Below are positions 1 to 10,442 of a stretch of 64,000 nt of DNA, one piece after another. Position numbers and translations under genes: made by a program. The stretch covers positions 989-64,988 of the forward strand of contig CAZRXY010000014.1 of the NCBI GenBank assembly GCA_964604155.1, read 5' to 3'. The notes under the pieces were generated by a model. That model saw only the letters and a list, made by a program, of their open reading frames with translations. It searched no databases and was not told the origin of the DNA. Each line of letters opens with the position of its first letter. Within the stretch, counting starts at the first letter, position 1. This DNA is from an uncultured Candidatus Cloacimonadota bacterium (GTDB lineage: Bacteria > Cloacimonadota > Cloacimonadia > Cloacimonadales > TCS61).

Positions 1-1383
1 AGAATAGTTTTCATAAAACAGGTTATTGATGATCTCTGGCTGGCTCATTGTACGGCAGGCAATAGCGCCGCCACGGTCTGCCACATTATTTCTGAATATG
101 CAGTTTTCGATCCTGATTTTTGAAAAATTATTGATAGATAATGCACCACCCGCCTGGGCTGTATCGCCCGTCGCCTTGGCGTATTCCACAATCGCATAAC
201 GAAAGATAGAGCTGTCCTGATATGCCTTCGTGAAGGGAAATCTTATACCGTTCCAGGCAGAACGATGCGAACCATCAATCCCAAAATCATCTGGATCACT
301 GGAAGTAAACAGCACTCTATTATCTGCTGTGCCCTCTGCCCGGATGCTGCCCTGCACCTCTAATTTATAATAACCGGCAAATTCCACTCTCACCCCGGGA
401 GCTATCACAAGAACTGCATCCGCTATGATTGTGATATCACCGATAACGCGAATAGTGTCTGCCTGCCATAATGTATTATCAGAAATTTCACCAGATACTT
501 CCTCCATCTCTCGAAGTATCTGTTGATAAGAAAAATTTCTCTCGCTTCCGCTTTTGCCATCTATTAGTCGGGCAGGAAAAATCCGGCAGCCATGACCAAT
601 AGCAGGAGAATCCGCTTGAAGACTGAAATCAAGATTAGCAGGATCATCAAATAAAGGGTCTTCACCAATTGTATTATTAAATTCCTGAAATCCGGCAGCC
701 TGCCAGACAAAAGGCTCAAATCAACCATAATCACAGAGGATTGACACATGTCGAAGTAGATCGTAATTGAGATTCTCATCACTAAACCATGACCAGTTAT
801 CATGAAAATCCGGCAAGCCCCCCTGACCACTTACAGCCACATTTATTCCTGTAGGTATCCATTCCATGGAGAAACCTGTAAGATAATTATACTCGTCTCC
901 TGTCTCGATAGAATTCGCAAAAATATTGTGATGTAATTCAATATCAGAACCTGTACCCATAAACCTGAAACAATAATCATCATTATTATAAAAGGTGCAA
1001 TAACTCACGCTCCCCACCGGCTTTGCCAGATACAAGCCGCTCTCACCACGATAATGAATATCGCCATTGATTATTATGCAATCCTGAATATCGAGCCTGT
1101 TATTGCAATAAGATATTGATAGCTCAGCCCCATCAAGATCAAGTATCGCCCCGTTTCCTTCTATGAATACATCTTCACCCTCTCTCCCTTCCAGATGATT
1201 TGTCTGCGGATTAAGGCTTTTGCCTATCCATAATCCGCCGCTATATATCACGCCAGTCTCCAGAACCAGATAGCGATCATAATTTCCCTCAGGCTCAGAC
1301 AAATCATAGGCTTCCTGCAAGCTTACTGCATTCAAACACATATTTATCAGAAATAAAAATATATAATTAAGAGCTTTTTCCAT
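1..1383 (-). CDS. Putative secreted selenoprotein, parallel beta-helix protein; in-frame TGA at 721-723 (codon 221); 3' end runs off the window
   Basis: ATG at 1383 gives a signal-peptide-like MEKALNYIFLFLINMCLNA. After TGA 723-721 the frame stays open for 240 codons to base 1 (FEPFVWQAAGFQEFNNTIGEDPLFDDPANLDFSLQADSPAIGHG...WNGIRF...GGALSI...IENCIFRNNVADRGGAI). SECIS-like hairpin at 691-707. Confidence 0.7.
691..707 (-). promoter_or_regulatory. Candidate bacterial SECIS element
   Basis: UCUGGCA-GGC-UGCCGGA, 7-bp stem starting 13 nt after the UGA, same spacing and stem length as the selD hairpin. Confidence 0.65.
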
Positions 1384-1760
1384 ATATACCACCTGGCTTT
1401 TTATATATTTCTGCCAATATTTTGTCAAGAACAAAGGAAACCCAAAATTTCCTGCCCGGTTTTGTCTCAGATTTTCACAAAACTGTGGCAATACTTGTCA
1501 CATGGTTATATCGTTAACTCCTTTAAAAAAACTCCCTGCTCGCTGCAATGCCCTCTATGACGCTATCAGAATTTTATTATATTTTTTTTTACGTTTGGTA
1601 CCACTCTTGCTTTATAGTAAATGTTTTTAGTAATACCCCTCACAAAGGGTTGATCGGAGCAATCAATCCTAACTTCGTCGGGCAGGAAAATCTCCCAACC
1701 TTTCCTGCCCTCCCTTTTTATAAGAGCACCAGTTACTTTCCTGTAAAAACCCCGAAAGCA

Positions 1761-3050
1761 TCACTGATTCCAGGCGGCAGCGTATTGTCTTATATTAAAT
1801 TTTCGCTCCAGTCCTTTATCATTCATGTATCTTATTTTACCAAAGACAGCTCTTTCTTTCCAGGGATGATCATGCAGACCGTAACACCAGGCAATGCCGG
1901 CAAAGCTATTTGCATCCCTGCCATCGAGTTCATATTTATTATTCAGATAAATAGTCCTCTCAAAAGCCTCCTGGGGAGATTTTGTCCATTCAATGATTTT
2001 TTTACCCCAATACATCCGCATATAGTTATGCATGAAGCCGGTTTTGAGCATTTCATTTTGTGCCGCATTCCAATAGATATCATGAGTATCAGCCTGTTCA
2101 AGCTGCCTGAGAGTATAAAGGTATTCCCGTTTGTCCTCAGCATGCAGTTTCAGGCTGATTTTAGCCCATCCCGGCACGGCATTTTCATATTTGTCATAAT
2201 CGGGTGTGAACCAGACAAAATTGATTGCCAGTTCTCGCCGAATAATAAGCTGCTCAAGAAAGGCGTTTTTTGCAGCTTCAGGAACCTCTGCCGCCAAAAT
2301 CTGCAGAGAAATATCCAGTGAAGATATCTGACCAAAATGCAGATACGGACTCAGGCATGATCTAATCTCCAGGCTTGGATCATTCGATTTTTCGTGATAG
2401 CCGGCAAGCTTGATATCTATGAATTTTGCCAGCAGTTTTTGAGCCTCTATATAGCCACCTTTGAATGGTAACTGGGATTCAGATGTGAAGCTATCCCGGA
2501 TTTTGTCGAGAGACAGTGATTCCTTTGTCACTAAGGTATGATCTTTACTGCTTACCAGGGGGAAATTCTCTTGCAGCGGCATTAAATAATCATCCAGATA
2601 CCGCTTTATCCTTGGACGCAAGGTGCGGGCACCGATCTCCGCTTTATCGGAGGCGACCGTAACCGGTACAATGGTATCGGTATTTATTATCCTGCTGGGG
2701 CAAGATATGTTTTTAAGAATGGCTTTTCGCCAGCTTCTCTGGATACTCAGCCAGCCCCTGTCCATAATCAGCATTTCCGCCCCGATAGCGAGTCTGGAGA
2801 CTTCTTTTACTATATCTCCTTTTTTTATTATAAAGCCAATACGTTTTTCGGTAAGCCGGGCAAACACTTCTCTGATACCTTGCAGCATAAAGATATAATG
2901 CGCATTTTGTGCTTCCGGAAAATCTGTGAGCACAAAGCAGACCAGCAATGGCAGCCTTTGTTTATTTGCCTGATCTATGGCAAAATTCAGAGCTTGATTA
3001 TATTCGGCTCTCTGAGCCTGCTGCATCCAATATAATATATAGCCTGGCAT
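1761..3050 (-). CDS. phrB: Class II CPD photolyase
   Basis: LYWMQQAQR N-terminus; YLHFGQIS, GFMHNYMRMYWGKKI and DGRDANSFAG motifs. Confidence 0.92.
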   Translation of the reverse strand: MPGYILYWMQQAQRAEYNQALNFAIDQANKQRLPLLVCFVLTDFPEAQNAHYIFMLQGIREVFARLTEKRIGFIIKKGDIVKEVSRLAIGAEMLIMDRGWLSIQRSWRKAILKNISCPSRIINTDTIVPVTVASDKAEIGARTLRPRIKRYLDDYLMPLQENFPLVSSKDHTLVTKESLSLDKIRDSFTSESQLPFKGGYIEAQKLLAKFIDIKLAGYHEKSNDPSLEIRSCLSPYLHFGQISSLDISLQILAAEVPEAAKNAFLEQLIIRRELAINFVWFTPDYDKYENAVPGWAKISLKLHAEDKREYLYTLRQLEQADTHDIYWNAAQNEMLKTGFMHNYMRMYWGKKIIEWTKSPQEAFERTIYLNNKYELDGRDANSFAGIAWCYGLHDHPWKERAVFGKIRYMNDKGLERKFNIRQYAAAWNQ

Positions 3051-3065
3051 GAAAATATCCGCAAT

Positions 3066-6000
3066 TTATCTGATGATCAGCAATTTTTTCTGTTCACAAG
3101 TCTTACCGGAATTCATTCGGTAAAAATACACTCCTGAAGCAACCGCCCGGTTTTGCCGGTCTTTTCCATCCCATCCGGTGAGATGTGAACCGGATGCAAG
3201 GCAATGCGAAACTAATTGGCGGATAAATTGCCCGCGGCTGTTATAGATATTTATCTCAACAAATGCCGGCTGAGCTATGGAAAAGGGAATATTGATCTGA
3301 ATTCTATCATCACTGAAGTAGCCCGGATTAGGGTAGCATTGATGCAATGTAGTTATCGGGCAAAGATCATTATCATCATCTTCTCCCATCAAAGCTGTAA
3401 AAACTATGGCAGCAGAAGGCTCGCCTGTAATAGCATTGGCAGTAAAATTTATTTGCGGCTCAAAAGTGAATTCCTCTGCGTTATATGTCTTTAGCCGCAG
3501 CGTAAGTGGCTGATGCTCCAGATTTCCTCCTATCGTAAAATACCAGAATCCGGATTCTCCCAAATATAAACCCTCCCCGTGACATATTCCCGCATCATCA
3601 AAAAATGCTGCTTCGCAAACAGAAATATCTGCGATGTCATCAATAGATAATTCACCAAGCAGCGTCATATTATTCTCGAATCCAGCTGCCATTTGCCATT
3701 GCCTGTCATTACTAAACGTCCTGCGATCATAAGCTGAGGCTCTTTGCTCTCCATAAATCAATGTATCCGCCTGAGACATTTTTAGTTTGTAGCCCACTCG
3801 CGGCTCTACCATATCCAATTGACCTACCCACCCCCAGTTATCAAACCAGGTGCTTGAAACATGCTGAGCCTTCATCTGGATGGCATTAGGCTCAAGAGGA
3901 ACCATAAAATCTGCAAGAGTATATGCCTCCTGAGGAAGGTGACCTATCCAGTTCCAGTCTGTAGTCAGCGGAACAGGCATATCAAGAGGAGCAGCTTGTC
4001 CCGTTACGGTAAATCCTTCATAAGCTTCTGACATCTTTAAAAGATACATCCTGCCGGCTTCCAGCTCAGATAATTGTCCCACCCAGCCCCAATTTTCAAA
4101 CCAGGTAGTTGAAATATTCTGGCTCTTGATCTGCTCGGCATTGCTCTCCAGCTCCGCCAGAACACTTACAATCTGAGCATCCTCGGGAAGCGTGTTAAAT
4201 GATATCCAGTTCCAGTTCTGAACCAGATCATAACTGGCTGTGAGGCAGATCCCATTAACTATCACGCAAATTGTATCTGTCACGCTGAATTCACCATCAG
4301 AAAGCCATATACTCACAAAATCCGTACCGGAAAAATCTGTAGGTGCTGTCAGCATAACCTGCATTCCATAAATTTCGTAGAGGATTTCTGCAGCCTCTAT
4401 AGTGAGCATAAGTTCATCGCTATCTATATCTCCTCCATAAATGCTGATATCTATCGTGATGCTTTCATTTTGCTCAATTTCAATTTCAGCGGGTAAATCC
4501 AGCCAGGGCGGGTCATTTACCGGTTCCACTATCACCAAGGCTGTATCTTCTGCGGTAGCACGTCCCTGCCCGTCATCTAAGTAAAAAATCAATTCTTCCT
4601 CTCCATACCAGTCAGCTTCGGCATAAAAGGTTACAGACAGGCCATTTATCTCGGTGAAGATAAATTCACACTCACTTATCGATAGCAGAAGCTCATCATT
4701 ATCAATATCATTAATGTATGGAGCAAGATTAATAGTAAGGCTTTCATCTTCCAGAAAGATAAAACTCTCAGGCAAATCTATCTCCGGCGCATCATTCACC
4801 GGCAGCACTTCTATAATGATCATATCTGTTGCTGTAGCTCGCAATTGCTGGTCACTTATGGTTATATTCACCTGCACCGAGCCAAACCAGTTTGCAGCAG
4901 CACTAAAAAATATCTCCAGACCGCTGAAGCTGTGAAATAGATTCTCCTCATTATAATCAACACTGCTTATAATCAGATCATCATTATCTATATCAAAGGC
5001 ATAAGGCGAGATATCAAAATTCAGGCTTTCGTCTTCATTAAATGAAATATATTCCGGCAAATCCAGCACGGGTGGATCATTCACAGGGGTCACTATTATT
5101 ATCACCTCAGCCTGAGCTATTGCCCGTCCCTGCATATCATCTACCGTAAATACCAGAACTTCCTCGCCAAACCAGTTTTCCAAAGCAGTTAAGGTCACAA
5201 TATAATTATCAATCGAAGCAAATACATGTACTCCTCCGGAGACGGAAAGAAACAGCTGATCTCCATCAATATCAAAGATATAATCTGCAAAATCTATAGT
5301 AAGGCTCTCATCTTCGGCAAAAGTAAAACTATCAGGCAATTCTATCTCCGGGTCATCATTCACCGGCGACACTATTATGATCACTTCGTCCTCAGCTATT
5401 GCCCGCCCCTGCATATCATCTACCGTAAATACCAGAACTTCCTCACCAAACCAGTTTTCGTTAGCAGTTAAGGTCACAGCATAATTATCAATCGCAGCAA
5501 ATACATTTACTCCACCGGAGACAGCCAGCACCAACTCATCTCCATCAATATCAAAGATATAATCTGCAAAATCTATAACAAGGCTCTCATCTTCGGCAAA
5601 AGTAAAACTCTCAGGCAATTCTATCTCCGGGCCATCATTCATCGGCGTAACTATTATAATCACTTCGTCCTCAGCAATTGCCCGATCCTGCATATCATCT
5701 ACCGTGAATACCAGAACTTCCTCACCAAACCAGTTTTCCAAAGCAGTTAAGGTCACAGCATAATCATCAATCGCAGCAAATACATTTACTCCACCAGAGA
5801 CGGAAAGCACCAGCTCATCTCCATCAATATCAAAGATATAATCTGCAAAATCTATTGTAAGGCTCTCATCTTCCGCAAAAGTGAAGCTTTCAGGCAGTTC
5901 GATCTCTGGAGGGTCATTTACTGGGGCTACCACTACGGTCACTTCATCCTGAACTATTGCTCGTCTTTGCTGATCACTTATCGTAATCATCACTTGAGTT

Positions 6001-9000
6001 GCTCCAAACCAGTTTTCCGCAGCACTAAGATAGATATCCATTTCACTGAAACTAATATATAGATTTTCTTCATCATAATCAACGCCGATTATTACGAGCT
6101 CATCATTATCGATATCAAAGGCATAAGGAGACAGATTATATATCAGGCTCTCATCTTCATTGAAAAAGATATATTCAGGTAATTCCAGAACCGGAGGATC
6201 ATTAACTGGTAAAACTATGATGATCACTTCATCCTCAGCTATTGCCCGTCCCTGCTGGTCATCTACCGTAAATATCAGAACTTCCTCGCCAAACCAGTTT
6301 TCTGCTGCGGAAAAGCTAACCAAAAAGCCTTCTATCCCTGCAAATACATTTTCGCCTTCTAAAACCGAAAGTTCAAGCTCATCCCCCTCAATGTCATATA
6401 TATAGGGGGCAAAATCTATTGTAAGGCTCTCATCTTCGGCAAAGGTAAAACTCTCGGGTAATTCGATAACCGGAGGATCATTCACGGATGCTACATTGAC
6501 TAATACGCTATCTGTTACATGGATTTCATGTTCAGTATTTAGCAGATGGAAAAACAGCTCTTCGCTACCAAACCAATCGGCAGGTGGCAATATCTCCACA
6601 CTGAAACCCGAGATTGATACTTCCAGATTGTTATTGCCGGAAACCGTCAAATCCAATTCATAACCGGCATTATTCTGGATATAATTAGAAAAATCTCTGA
6701 TGAACAGCGTATCTTCAAAAAACGAGAAATTAGCAGGCAGATTTAATTGAGGCATTTCCAATACTTCAATGATAGTCACTAATATCTGATCCGTATCATA
6801 AAGCTCTCCGTCACTTAGGACAAATTCAAGCGATTCACTACCCGCAGAACCGGAAAATGTCACCAGATAATCTTCTATTTCCACATTGACAAATTCCGGG
6901 ACACTAAGCAGTGTAAGCACCAGATATTCATCATCCACATCACTGCAGAAATTATAAAAATCCACTGTTAGTTCCGTATCTTCATAAAAACTGAATTCAT
7001 CCGGCAAACTGAGCACCGGAGCATCATTCACCGGAATCACTTCTAATAAAACTGCATCAGAGGCTATAGCCCTTGAAGAATTATCTGTTATAGTAATAGT
7101 AACCACTACTGAACCGAACCAATCAGTTGCAGCACTAAAATGCAGCATCATTTCGTTAATTGTTGTATATAAATTAATTTCATCATATTCCACGCTCAAA
7201 ATTTCCAGCTCGTCATTATCAATATCATAAGAATATAGAGATATATCAAATATCAGGTTCTCGTCTTCATTAAATGAAATATATTCCGGCAAATCCAGCA
7301 CGGGTGGATCATTCACAGGGGTCACTATTATTGTCACTTCGTCCTCGGCAATTGCCCTCCCCTGCATATCATCTACCGTAAATACCAGAACTTCCTCGCC
7401 AAACCAGTTTTCGATAGCAGTTAAGGTCACAATATAATTATCAATCGCAGCAAATACATGTACTCCACTGGAGACGGAAAGCACCAGCTCATCTCCATCA
7501 ATATCAAAGATATAATCTGCAAAATCTATAGTTAAGCTCTCATCTTCGGCAAAAGTAAAACTCTCCGGCAATTCTATCTCCGGGTCATCATTCACCGGCG
7601 TTACTATTATTGTCACTTCGTCCTCAGCAATTGCCCGACCCTGCATATCATCTACCGTAAATACCAGAACCTCCTCACCAAACCAGTTTTCCAAAGCAGT
7701 TAAGGTCACAATATAATTATCGATCGCAGCAAATACATTTACTCCGCCGGAGACGGAAAGCACCAGCTCATCTCCATCAATATCAAAGATATAATCTGCA
7801 AAATCTATAACAAGGCTCTCATCTTCGGCAAAAGTAAAACTATCAGGAAGATAAATTTCAGGCGGGTCATTCACACCGATGATATTGATAATAGTAGTCC
7901 CGGTTACCTCAGCACCACCCGCATCCGTGACATGCAGACTTATTTCGGTAGTGCCGAACCAGTTTTCCTGCGGGATCAGGTTAAAACAATAGTTGTCTAT
8001 TATATCATCATCATCTCCATATAACGGCAGGAAATTGGGGGGATAGCCGGCAACCCCGCCAGGTATTGTCTGTACCTCCAAATCTATTGAATAAATGAGA
8101 TTTTCACTTACATCATATATCATGAAATGCAAAGTCTCTATCTCTTCCGTGTAAACCTCAAAATTCGTATAATTAGTACTCCCCCACCTGTAGCCAATCC
8201 CGCGGCATTCATCACCGACAAAAGCCCCTATCACATCATCGCTGTCTATACCTGAGCCATTGATCATAACCCGCCCATAAACCGTCATTGAAAGCGGATA
8301 TTCAACCGGCTGCCAGTTAATCTCGGCTTCTTCCATGGTAATATATTCACTAAGCTGCCACTCAAGCATGACATCATCTCCATCAATATCATAAATTCTG
8401 TCATTTAAATCAAGCACATATTCCGAATTTTCCAGCCAGCTCAATTCCTCAGGTAAATCCAAAAACGGTGGATCATTTACCGGTAGAAATATTACCTCCA
8501 CAGAATCATTCGCGGTAAGTCCGGCTGGGTCATAAACAGTAAATTCCAGCACTTCAGAACCATTCCAATCCACGGGTGCACTAAAAGAAACCATATAACC
8601 GGAAATCTCCGCATTGATGTATTCTCCTGCTACGCTCAATTCCAAAATCAGCTCATCTCCATCTTCATCACTAATATACTGCATGAAATCAATAACAGCG
8701 GTTTCATCTTCATTCAATGTTATGTCCACAGGCAGATCTATCTGAGGTGCATGGTTACCAATAAGCACAATGATATCTAAGACATCCGAAACCGGGCTGT
8801 TGGATTGATCAAATACGTAAAAAGTAACACTTTCTGATCCACTCCATTCCGGTGATGAACTAAATTGTAGATTTTCGTAGATATTCTCATAATCACAATC
8901 TATCTCCAGATATGTGGGAAACCCCACCATCCCACCAGGATTACTGTTAACCTGATTCTCGCAGACCCAGACGCGATTGCTTGACGGGTCCCTGAGCCTG

Positions 9001-9761
9001 AATTGCATAGCCTCTACTACTTCACCCTGAACTGTCATACTGATATAGCTTCTGCCACCAGAAGGCTGCAAAGTGCTTATTCCACGGCATTCATCTTCCA
9101 CAAACACACCCGCCTGATAGCTGAGCGGAGCTGCTTCTCCATCTATCTCCATATAGGCATACACATATGTAAATGAGTTATAAGCTGCCGCTATCCATTC
9201 TTCAGCCATGATCTCTATCATCACCTGCTCATTATCAGTCCAGGATATCCCCAAAAACTCATCATCCTCATCGTAGATAAAGGGCCTGATATCAAAAATA
9301 TAATTCTCTGTATTATGGAATTCTACTGCAGCAGGCAGTGATATCTCCGGCGGTGCATTGGGGGCAATGCCTCCGGTAGCATTTATCTCGATAAAATTCG
9401 GCGGGTAGCCAATATCATGACCGGGCCAGCTCTGCACCGTCTCTTCTGCTTCATATATAATATTTGAACTTGATTCCCAAACCAAAAAATTGATTGTTTC
9501 TATAGATTCACCCTGTATGTTCAGCACGCCATATGACGAATTATTATACACAAATATCGTGGCTATTCCCCGGCATTCTTCCCCCACGAATGCTCCCAGT
9601 AAATCACCCGCGGAAGCACAAAGCCCATTTATCATCACTTCACAATATGCCACCGTACTATTTGTATAGACTACCGGCTGCCAGTCCGGCGTCCTTTCAT
9701 CACCCCAGACAAATATAAGAATACTCAAAATAATCAAAATCAGTAAAATATGTTTTATCAT
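3066..9761 (-). CDS. 2231-aa acidic secreted/surface protein with many cadherin-like (tandem-95-type) Ig repeats and a C-terminal FlgD-Ig/T9SS-like domain
   Basis: Signal peptide; repeated VxPVNDxP-x-LPxxFxFxEDE...DxDGD...ENWFG units; C-terminal YPNP...YNSRGQ...WDGKD...KKLLIIR. Confidence 0.85.
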   Translation of the reverse strand: MIKHILLILIILSILIFVWGDERTPDWQPVVYTNSTVAYCEVMINGLCASAGDLLGAFVGEECRGIATIFVYNNSSYGVLNIQGESIETINFLVWESSSNIIYEAEETVQSWPGHDIGYPPNFIEINATGGIAPNAPPEISLPAAVEFHNTENYIFDIRPFIYDEDDEFLGISWTDNEQVMIEIMAEEWIAAAYNSFTYVYAYMEIDGEAAPLSYQAGVFVEDECRGISTLQPSGGRSYISMTVQGEVVEAMQFRLRDPSSNRVWVCENQVNSNPGGMVGFPTYLEIDCDYENIYENLQFSSSPEWSGSESVTFYVFDQSNSPVSDVLDIIVLIGNHAPQIDLPVDITLNEDETAVIDFMQYISDEDGDELILELSVAGEYINAEISGYMVSFSAPVDWNGSEVLEFTVYDPAGLTANDSVEVIFLPVNDPPFLDLPEELSWLENSEYVLDLNDRIYDIDGDDVMLEWQLSEYITMEEAEINWQPVEYPLSMTVYGRVMINGSGIDSDDVIGAFVGDECRGIGYRWGSTNYTNFEVYTEEIETLHFMIYDVSENLIYSIDLEVQTIPGGVAGYPPNFLPLYGDDDDIIDNYCFNLIPQENWFGTTEISLHVTDAGGAEVTGTTIINIIGVNDPPEIYLPDSFTFAEDESLVIDFADYIFDIDGDELVLSVSGGVNVFAAIDNYIVTLTALENWFGEEVLVFTVDDMQGRAIAEDEVTIIVTPVNDDPEIELPESFTFAEDESLTIDFADYIFDIDGDELVLSVSSGVHVFAAIDNYIVTLTAIENWFGEEVLVFTVDDMQGRAIAEDEVTIIVTPVNDPPVLDLPEYISFNEDENLIFDISLYSYDIDNDELEILSVEYDEINLYTTINEMMLHFSAATDWFGSVVVTITITDNSSRAIASDAVLLEVIPVNDAPVLSLPDEFSFYEDTELTVDFYNFCSDVDDEYLVLTLLSVPEFVNVEIEDYLVTFSGSAGSESLEFVLSDGELYDTDQILVTIIEVLEMPQLNLPANFSFFEDTLFIRDFSNYIQNNAGYELDLTVSGNNNLEVSISGFSVEILPPADWFGSEELFFHLLNTEHEIHVTDSVLVNVASVNDPPVIELPESFTFAEDESLTIDFAPYIYDIEGDELELSVLEGENVFAGIEGFLVSFSAAENWFGEEVLIFTVDDQQGRAIAEDEVIIIVLPVNDPPVLELPEYIFFNEDESLIYNLSPYAFDIDNDELVIIGVDYDEENLYISFSEMDIYLSAAENWFGATQVMITISDQQRRAIVQDEVTVVVAPVNDPPEIELPESFTFAEDESLTIDFADYIFDIDGDELVLSVSGGVNVFAAIDDYAVTLTALENWFGEEVLVFTVDDMQDRAIAEDEVIIIVTPMNDGPEIELPESFTFAEDESLVIDFADYIFDIDGDELVLAVSGGVNVFAAIDNYAVTLTANENWFGEEVLVFTVDDMQGRAIAEDEVIIIVSPVNDDPEIELPDSFTFAEDESLTIDFADYIFDIDGDQLFLSVSGGVHVFASIDNYIVTLTALENWFGEEVLVFTVDDMQGRAIAQAEVIIIVTPVNDPPVLDLPEYISFNEDESLNFDISPYAFDIDNDDLIISSVDYNEENLFHSFSGLEIFFSAAANWFGSVQVNITISDQQLRATATDMIIIEVLPVNDAPEIDLPESFIFLEDESLTINLAPYINDIDNDELLLSISECEFIFTEINGLSVTFYAEADWYGEEELIFYLDDGQGRATAEDTALVIVEPVNDPPWLDLPAEIEIEQNESITIDISIYGGDIDSDELMLTIEAAEILYEIYGMQVMLTAPTDFSGTDFVSIWLSDGEFSVTDTICVIVNGICLTASYDLVQNWNWISFNTLPEDAQIVSVLAELESNAEQIKSQNISTTWFENWGWVGQLSELEAGRMYLLKMSEAYEGFTVTGQAAPLDMPVPLTTDWNWIGHLPQEAYTLADFMVPLEPNAIQMKAQHVSSTWFDNWGWVGQLDMVEPRVGYKLKMSQADTLIYGEQRASAYDRRTFSNDRQWQMAAGFENNMTLLGELSIDDIADISVCEAAFFDDAGICHGEGLYLGESGFWYFTIGGNLEHQPLTLRLKTYNAEEFTFEPQINFTANAITGEPSAAIVFTALMGEDDDNDLCPITTLHQCYPNPGYFSDDRIQINIPFSIAQPAFVEINIYNSRGQFIRQLVSHCLASGSHLTGWDGKDRQNRAVASGVYFYRMNSGKTCEQKKLLIIR
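5076..7865. repeat. Near-identical 279-bp (93-codon) intragenic repeats
   Basis: Units at 5076-5354, 5355-5633, 5634-5912, 7308-7586, 7587-7865, plus a more diverged copy near 6198-6476. Confidence 0.9.
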
Positions 9762-10039
9762 TACTACCCCCTACACTTTCTTCTTTTTCCTGCTATCTTC
9801 TTTTCCCTTAACTCTCCTTCAGGTCAAGGTTTTTCATATCCCACCGGTATCATCCCATTTATTCATCTGAAAAAAAAATCACCCAAATAACCAATCAACA
9901 AATTTCAGCCAATTACCTGCTTTTATCCAATTCATCTCTTCCTCCCCCTGATAGAAAGCCTTTTATTACTGCTATAAAACACTTTAGACCACTCTTAACC
10001 GCTTTTCGTACCATTATAATATCCTTTGCACTGCATTAC

Positions 10040-10442
10040 TGCATATTCTTCTCAGAAAAGCCACAAAAGTCCACCCAGGTTGAGCCACCCCTCCGCTAAA
10101 TGGAGCCACCCATTCCTTGATGAGAGTCAACTAGCAAATTTTATTGTTAAACACATAATTTATTGACTTAAAATAATAGTAAACAAAACTGATCCAGTTC
10201 AGTGAAACGGAAGTAGGTTCTGCTGGAGAGCAACCTGCCAGGGATAGCTGAATACAAAATGGGTGGAGTGCGATCAATTTGTCGTACTCCCTTTTTTTAT
10301 ATACTCATTTTGGTAATGCCTTAAAAAAACTCAAAAATGTTCTTTTACATGTGGTTCTGGTTAGAATATTTAGTGGCTCTATATTAGCGGAGGGGTGGCT
10401 CAACTTGGAAATACAGGTAGCTCTATTTCATAATATTATTCA
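10040..10442. mobile_element. Non-autonomous IS21-like element (MITE), 403 bp, no transposase
   Basis: TG...CA ends (TGCATATTCTT / reverse complement TGAATAATATT); inverted GTTGAGCCACCCCTCCGCTAA core at about 10079-10099 and 10384-10404; several GAGCCAC-like sub-repeats per end, as in IS21 ends; no target-site duplication seen. Confidence 0.6.
10191..10298 (+). ncRNA. Candidate structured small RNA inside the IS21-like element, unassigned
   Basis: TTGACT at 10163; nested stems GUUCAGU/GCUGAAU, GUAGGU/ACCUGC, UGCU-GGAG-AGCA; terminator GGAGUGCGA...UCGUACUCC followed by a U tract (10265-10298). Confidence 0.45.

Noticed and set aside
577..818. Three AAATCCGGCA copies about 110-120 bp apart
   Set aside because: Short, inside coding sequence, and only the middle copy forms the SECIS-like hairpin; probably coincidental.
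1548..2321. 257-aa plus-strand ORF and the many other short overlapping ORFs in the track
   Set aside because: Shadow frames of well-supported genes with no independent motifs.
10191..10298. Assignment to ZTP, c-di-GMP, c-di-AMP riboswitch or 6S RNA
   Set aside because: Key consensus elements are missing or the length is wrong; left unassigned.
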